A DNA stretch of 44,553 nt from a virus. Where the stretch lies: the UHGV virus genome UHGV-0048026. One strand, given 5' to 3'. The notes under the pieces are model-generated. The model searched no databases and was not told the origin of the DNA. It worked only from the letters and a program-made list of their open reading frames with translations. The first letter of the stretch is position 1; every line of letters starts with the position of its first letter. Of the stretch, positions 42,743 to 44,553 are shown piece by piece. A program made the translations under genes and the position numbers.

Positions 42743-42889
42743 ATGAATAAAGCGTTTGAGCTATGGGTACGCCAGCGTTACGGCAATCGCTATGACCTGA
42801 CGCGAGATGTTGACGGTTTCTACAGCCGTGAAATTGTGAAACGAATGTTTGAAGTGTGGTGCCACTGCCGTGGGCTGAGTGTTGTGTGA
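42743..42889 (+). CDS. small hypothetical protein (48 aa) upstream of xis
   Basis: ATG 42743 with SD AAGGAAA; not in ORF track (below cutoff); MNKAFELWVRQRYGNRYDLTRDVDGFYSREIVKRMFEVWCHCRGLSVV. Confidence 0.35.
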   Translation: MNKAFELWVRQRYGNRYDLTRDVDGFYSREIVKRMFEVWCHCRGLSVV

Positions 42890-42897
42890 GGTAATGC

Positions 42898-43134
42898 ATG
42901 GGCAATGTGATTCAACTGGCTCCCAATGAATGGGTTTGTGAAAGCGTTCTTATCGCAATTACCGGGCTCAAACCAGGCACAATTCTCCGGGCCCGGAAAG
43001 AATGCTGGATGGTAGGAAGAGAGTATATTCACGTATCACCAGACGGTAATCCAAAGCCATCCAGCGAATGTATGTATAACAGAAAAGCAATAGATGCCTG
43101 GGTCGCTTCAATGAAAAACAAACAACCTGGGTGA
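42898..43134 (+). CDS. xis: excisionase-like DNA-binding protein
   Basis: 78-aa ORF directly upstream of integrase; segment VGREYIH resembles lambda Xis DGREYLFH motif. Confidence 0.6.
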   Translation: MGNVIQLAPNEWVCESVLIAITGLKPGTILRARKECWMVGREYIHVSPDGNPKPSSECMYNRKAIDAWVASMKNKQPG

Positions 43135-43189
43135 TTTAATGCCATGAAGTATGTAAGCTCGTATCGCTCTTGGGCGTCTGGAGGTATCA

Positions 43190-44503
43190 ATGGATAAAGT
43201 CAAATATCCAACAGGCGTCGAAAACCACGGTGGCACATTACGCATCTGGTTTAATTTTAAAGGTAAACGTGTCAGGGAAAATCTTGGTGTCCCTGACACT
43301 GCCAAGAACAGGAAGATCGCCGGAGAGCTGCGGACATCTGTATGTTTTGCTATTCGTACAGGAAACTTTGATTACGCTGCGCAGTTCCCTGACTCTCCTA
43401 ACCTCAAGGCTTTTGGGGTAAATAAAAAAGAAATTACGGTGAAGGAACTTGAAGAAAAGTGGCTGGATCTGAAACGAATGGAAATCTCTGCAAATGCATT
43501 CAATCGCTATGAATCCGTTGCAAGAACGATGGTTCCGAAAATTGGAGGCAGCAGACTGGTGTCATCGGTAACTAAAGAGGAATTGCTGTATATCAGGAAA
43601 GATTTGCTGACCGGGTATCAGAATTCAACGAAAAACAAAGCAGCAGCAAAAGGACGGAGCGTCGTTACTGTAAATTATTACATGACGACAATCGCTGGAA
43701 TGTTTCAGTTTGCTGCAGATCACGGTTACTTAGAAGCAAATCCCTTCCAGGGAATTAAGCCTCTTAAAAGAGCCAGGGCAGAGCCAGATCCGCTAACTCG
43801 TGACGAATTTATTCGCCTGATAGATGCTTGCCGACATCAGCAGACGAAAAACCTGTGGTCATTGGCTGTGTACACAGGAATGCGTCACGGTGAACTGGTC
43901 TCCCTGGCCTGGGAAGATATCGATCTGAAAGCAGGAACTATTACTATCAGGCGCAATTATACGAAACTCGGTGAGTTCACTCTACCTAAAACTGAAGCAA
44001 GTACAAACAGGGTTGTGCATCTTATCCAGCCTGCTATCAGTGTCCTGAAAAATCAGGCTGAAATGACAAGACTGGGTAAGCAGCACCACATCAAGGTTCA
44101 ACTACGTGAATATGGGCGTTCAGTGAATCATGAATGTACTTTCGTATTTAACCCCCAGGTGGTTAGAAAAAGCAAACAGGTCGGTTTTATCTACAAGGTA
44201 GATTCCATTGGCGACTCATGGGAAACAGCCATTAAGCGTGCGGGCATCAGGCACCGGAAAGCATACCAGTCACGACACACTTATGCGTGCTGGTCATTAT
44301 CTGCCGGAGCAAACCCAAGCTTCATTGCCAGCCAGATGGGCCATGCAAGTGCCCAGATGGTGTTCAATGTATACGGAGCATGGATGACTGACAGTAATGC
44401 AGAACAGATCGCAATGCTGAATCAGAAGCTGGCAGATTATGTCCCAATGATGTCCCATGGTCACCAAAGTGACACAAGAGACTTATTAAAATCAGTGGGT
44501 TAG
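43190..44503 (+). CDS. int: tyrosine site-specific integrase
   Basis: 437-aa ORF; C-terminal catalytic boxes (MRHGEL..., SRHTYACW, GHASAQMVFNVYGAW with Tyr). Confidence 0.9.
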   Translation: MDKVKYPTGVENHGGTLRIWFNFKGKRVRENLGVPDTAKNRKIAGELRTSVCFAIRTGNFDYAAQFPDSPNLKAFGVNKKEITVKELEEKWLDLKRMEISANAFNRYESVARTMVPKIGGSRLVSSVTKEELLYIRKDLLTGYQNSTKNKAAAKGRSVVTVNYYMTTIAGMFQFAADHGYLEANPFQGIKPLKRARAEPDPLTRDEFIRLIDACRHQQTKNLWSLAVYTGMRHGELVSLAWEDIDLKAGTITIRRNYTKLGEFTLPKTEASTNRVVHLIQPAISVLKNQAEMTRLGKQHHIKVQLREYGRSVNHECTFVFNPQVVRKSKQVGFIYKVDSIGDSWETAIKRAGIRHRKAYQSRHTYACWSLSAGANPSFIASQMGHASAQMVFNVYGAWMTDSNAEQIAMLNQKLADYVPMMSHGHQSDTRDLLKSVG

Positions 44504-44553
44504 CCTTCAATACCCGTCATGTTAACTGCGTGGAGGGCAACACCACGCTTTAC

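Overview
The window is almost entirely one lambdoid prophage (about 44.5 kb), lying inverted relative to the canonical lambda map. All calls rest on reading the sequence and the supplied ORF track and on recalled lambda/IS5/tRNA sequences; no database search or folding was run. Positions 50-23252 (minus strand) carry a near lambda-identical morphogenesis block: tfa, stf, lom, J, I, K, L, M, H, G/T with the GGGAAAG slip site, V, U, Z, FII, FI, E, D, C/Nu3, B, W, A, Nu1, followed by a lambda-like cos site (23253-23460). Beyond cos lie an atypical lysis cassette (24.3-26.2 kb), a tRNA-Gly(UCC) plus a degenerate tRNA-like gene, an orphan DNA methyltransferase, and an intact IS5 with TTAG target duplication inserted at the edge of a 9-bp tandem-repeat array upstream of an intact Lc/NmpC-like porin gene. 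These are followed by a small Q-like antiterminator, a replication module (HTH initiator with internal iterons, DnaC-like loader, DnaB-like helicase), a Rha-family regulator, a divergent cro-like/CI-like immunity pair flanked by GTATCA-type repeats, and an early-left accessory cluster with no recognisable N or exo/bet. That cluster contains an SPFH/band-7 lipoprotein coupled to a small membrane protein, then an excisionase-like gene and a tyrosine integrase at the right edge. No att core could be identified at either window boundary. The most interesting candidates for uncharacterised biology are the SPFH pair, the unannotated early-left and pre-replication cassettes, the IS5/repeat/porin junction, the atypical lysis cassette and several putative small RNAs/terminators on the strand opposite to the surrounding genes.
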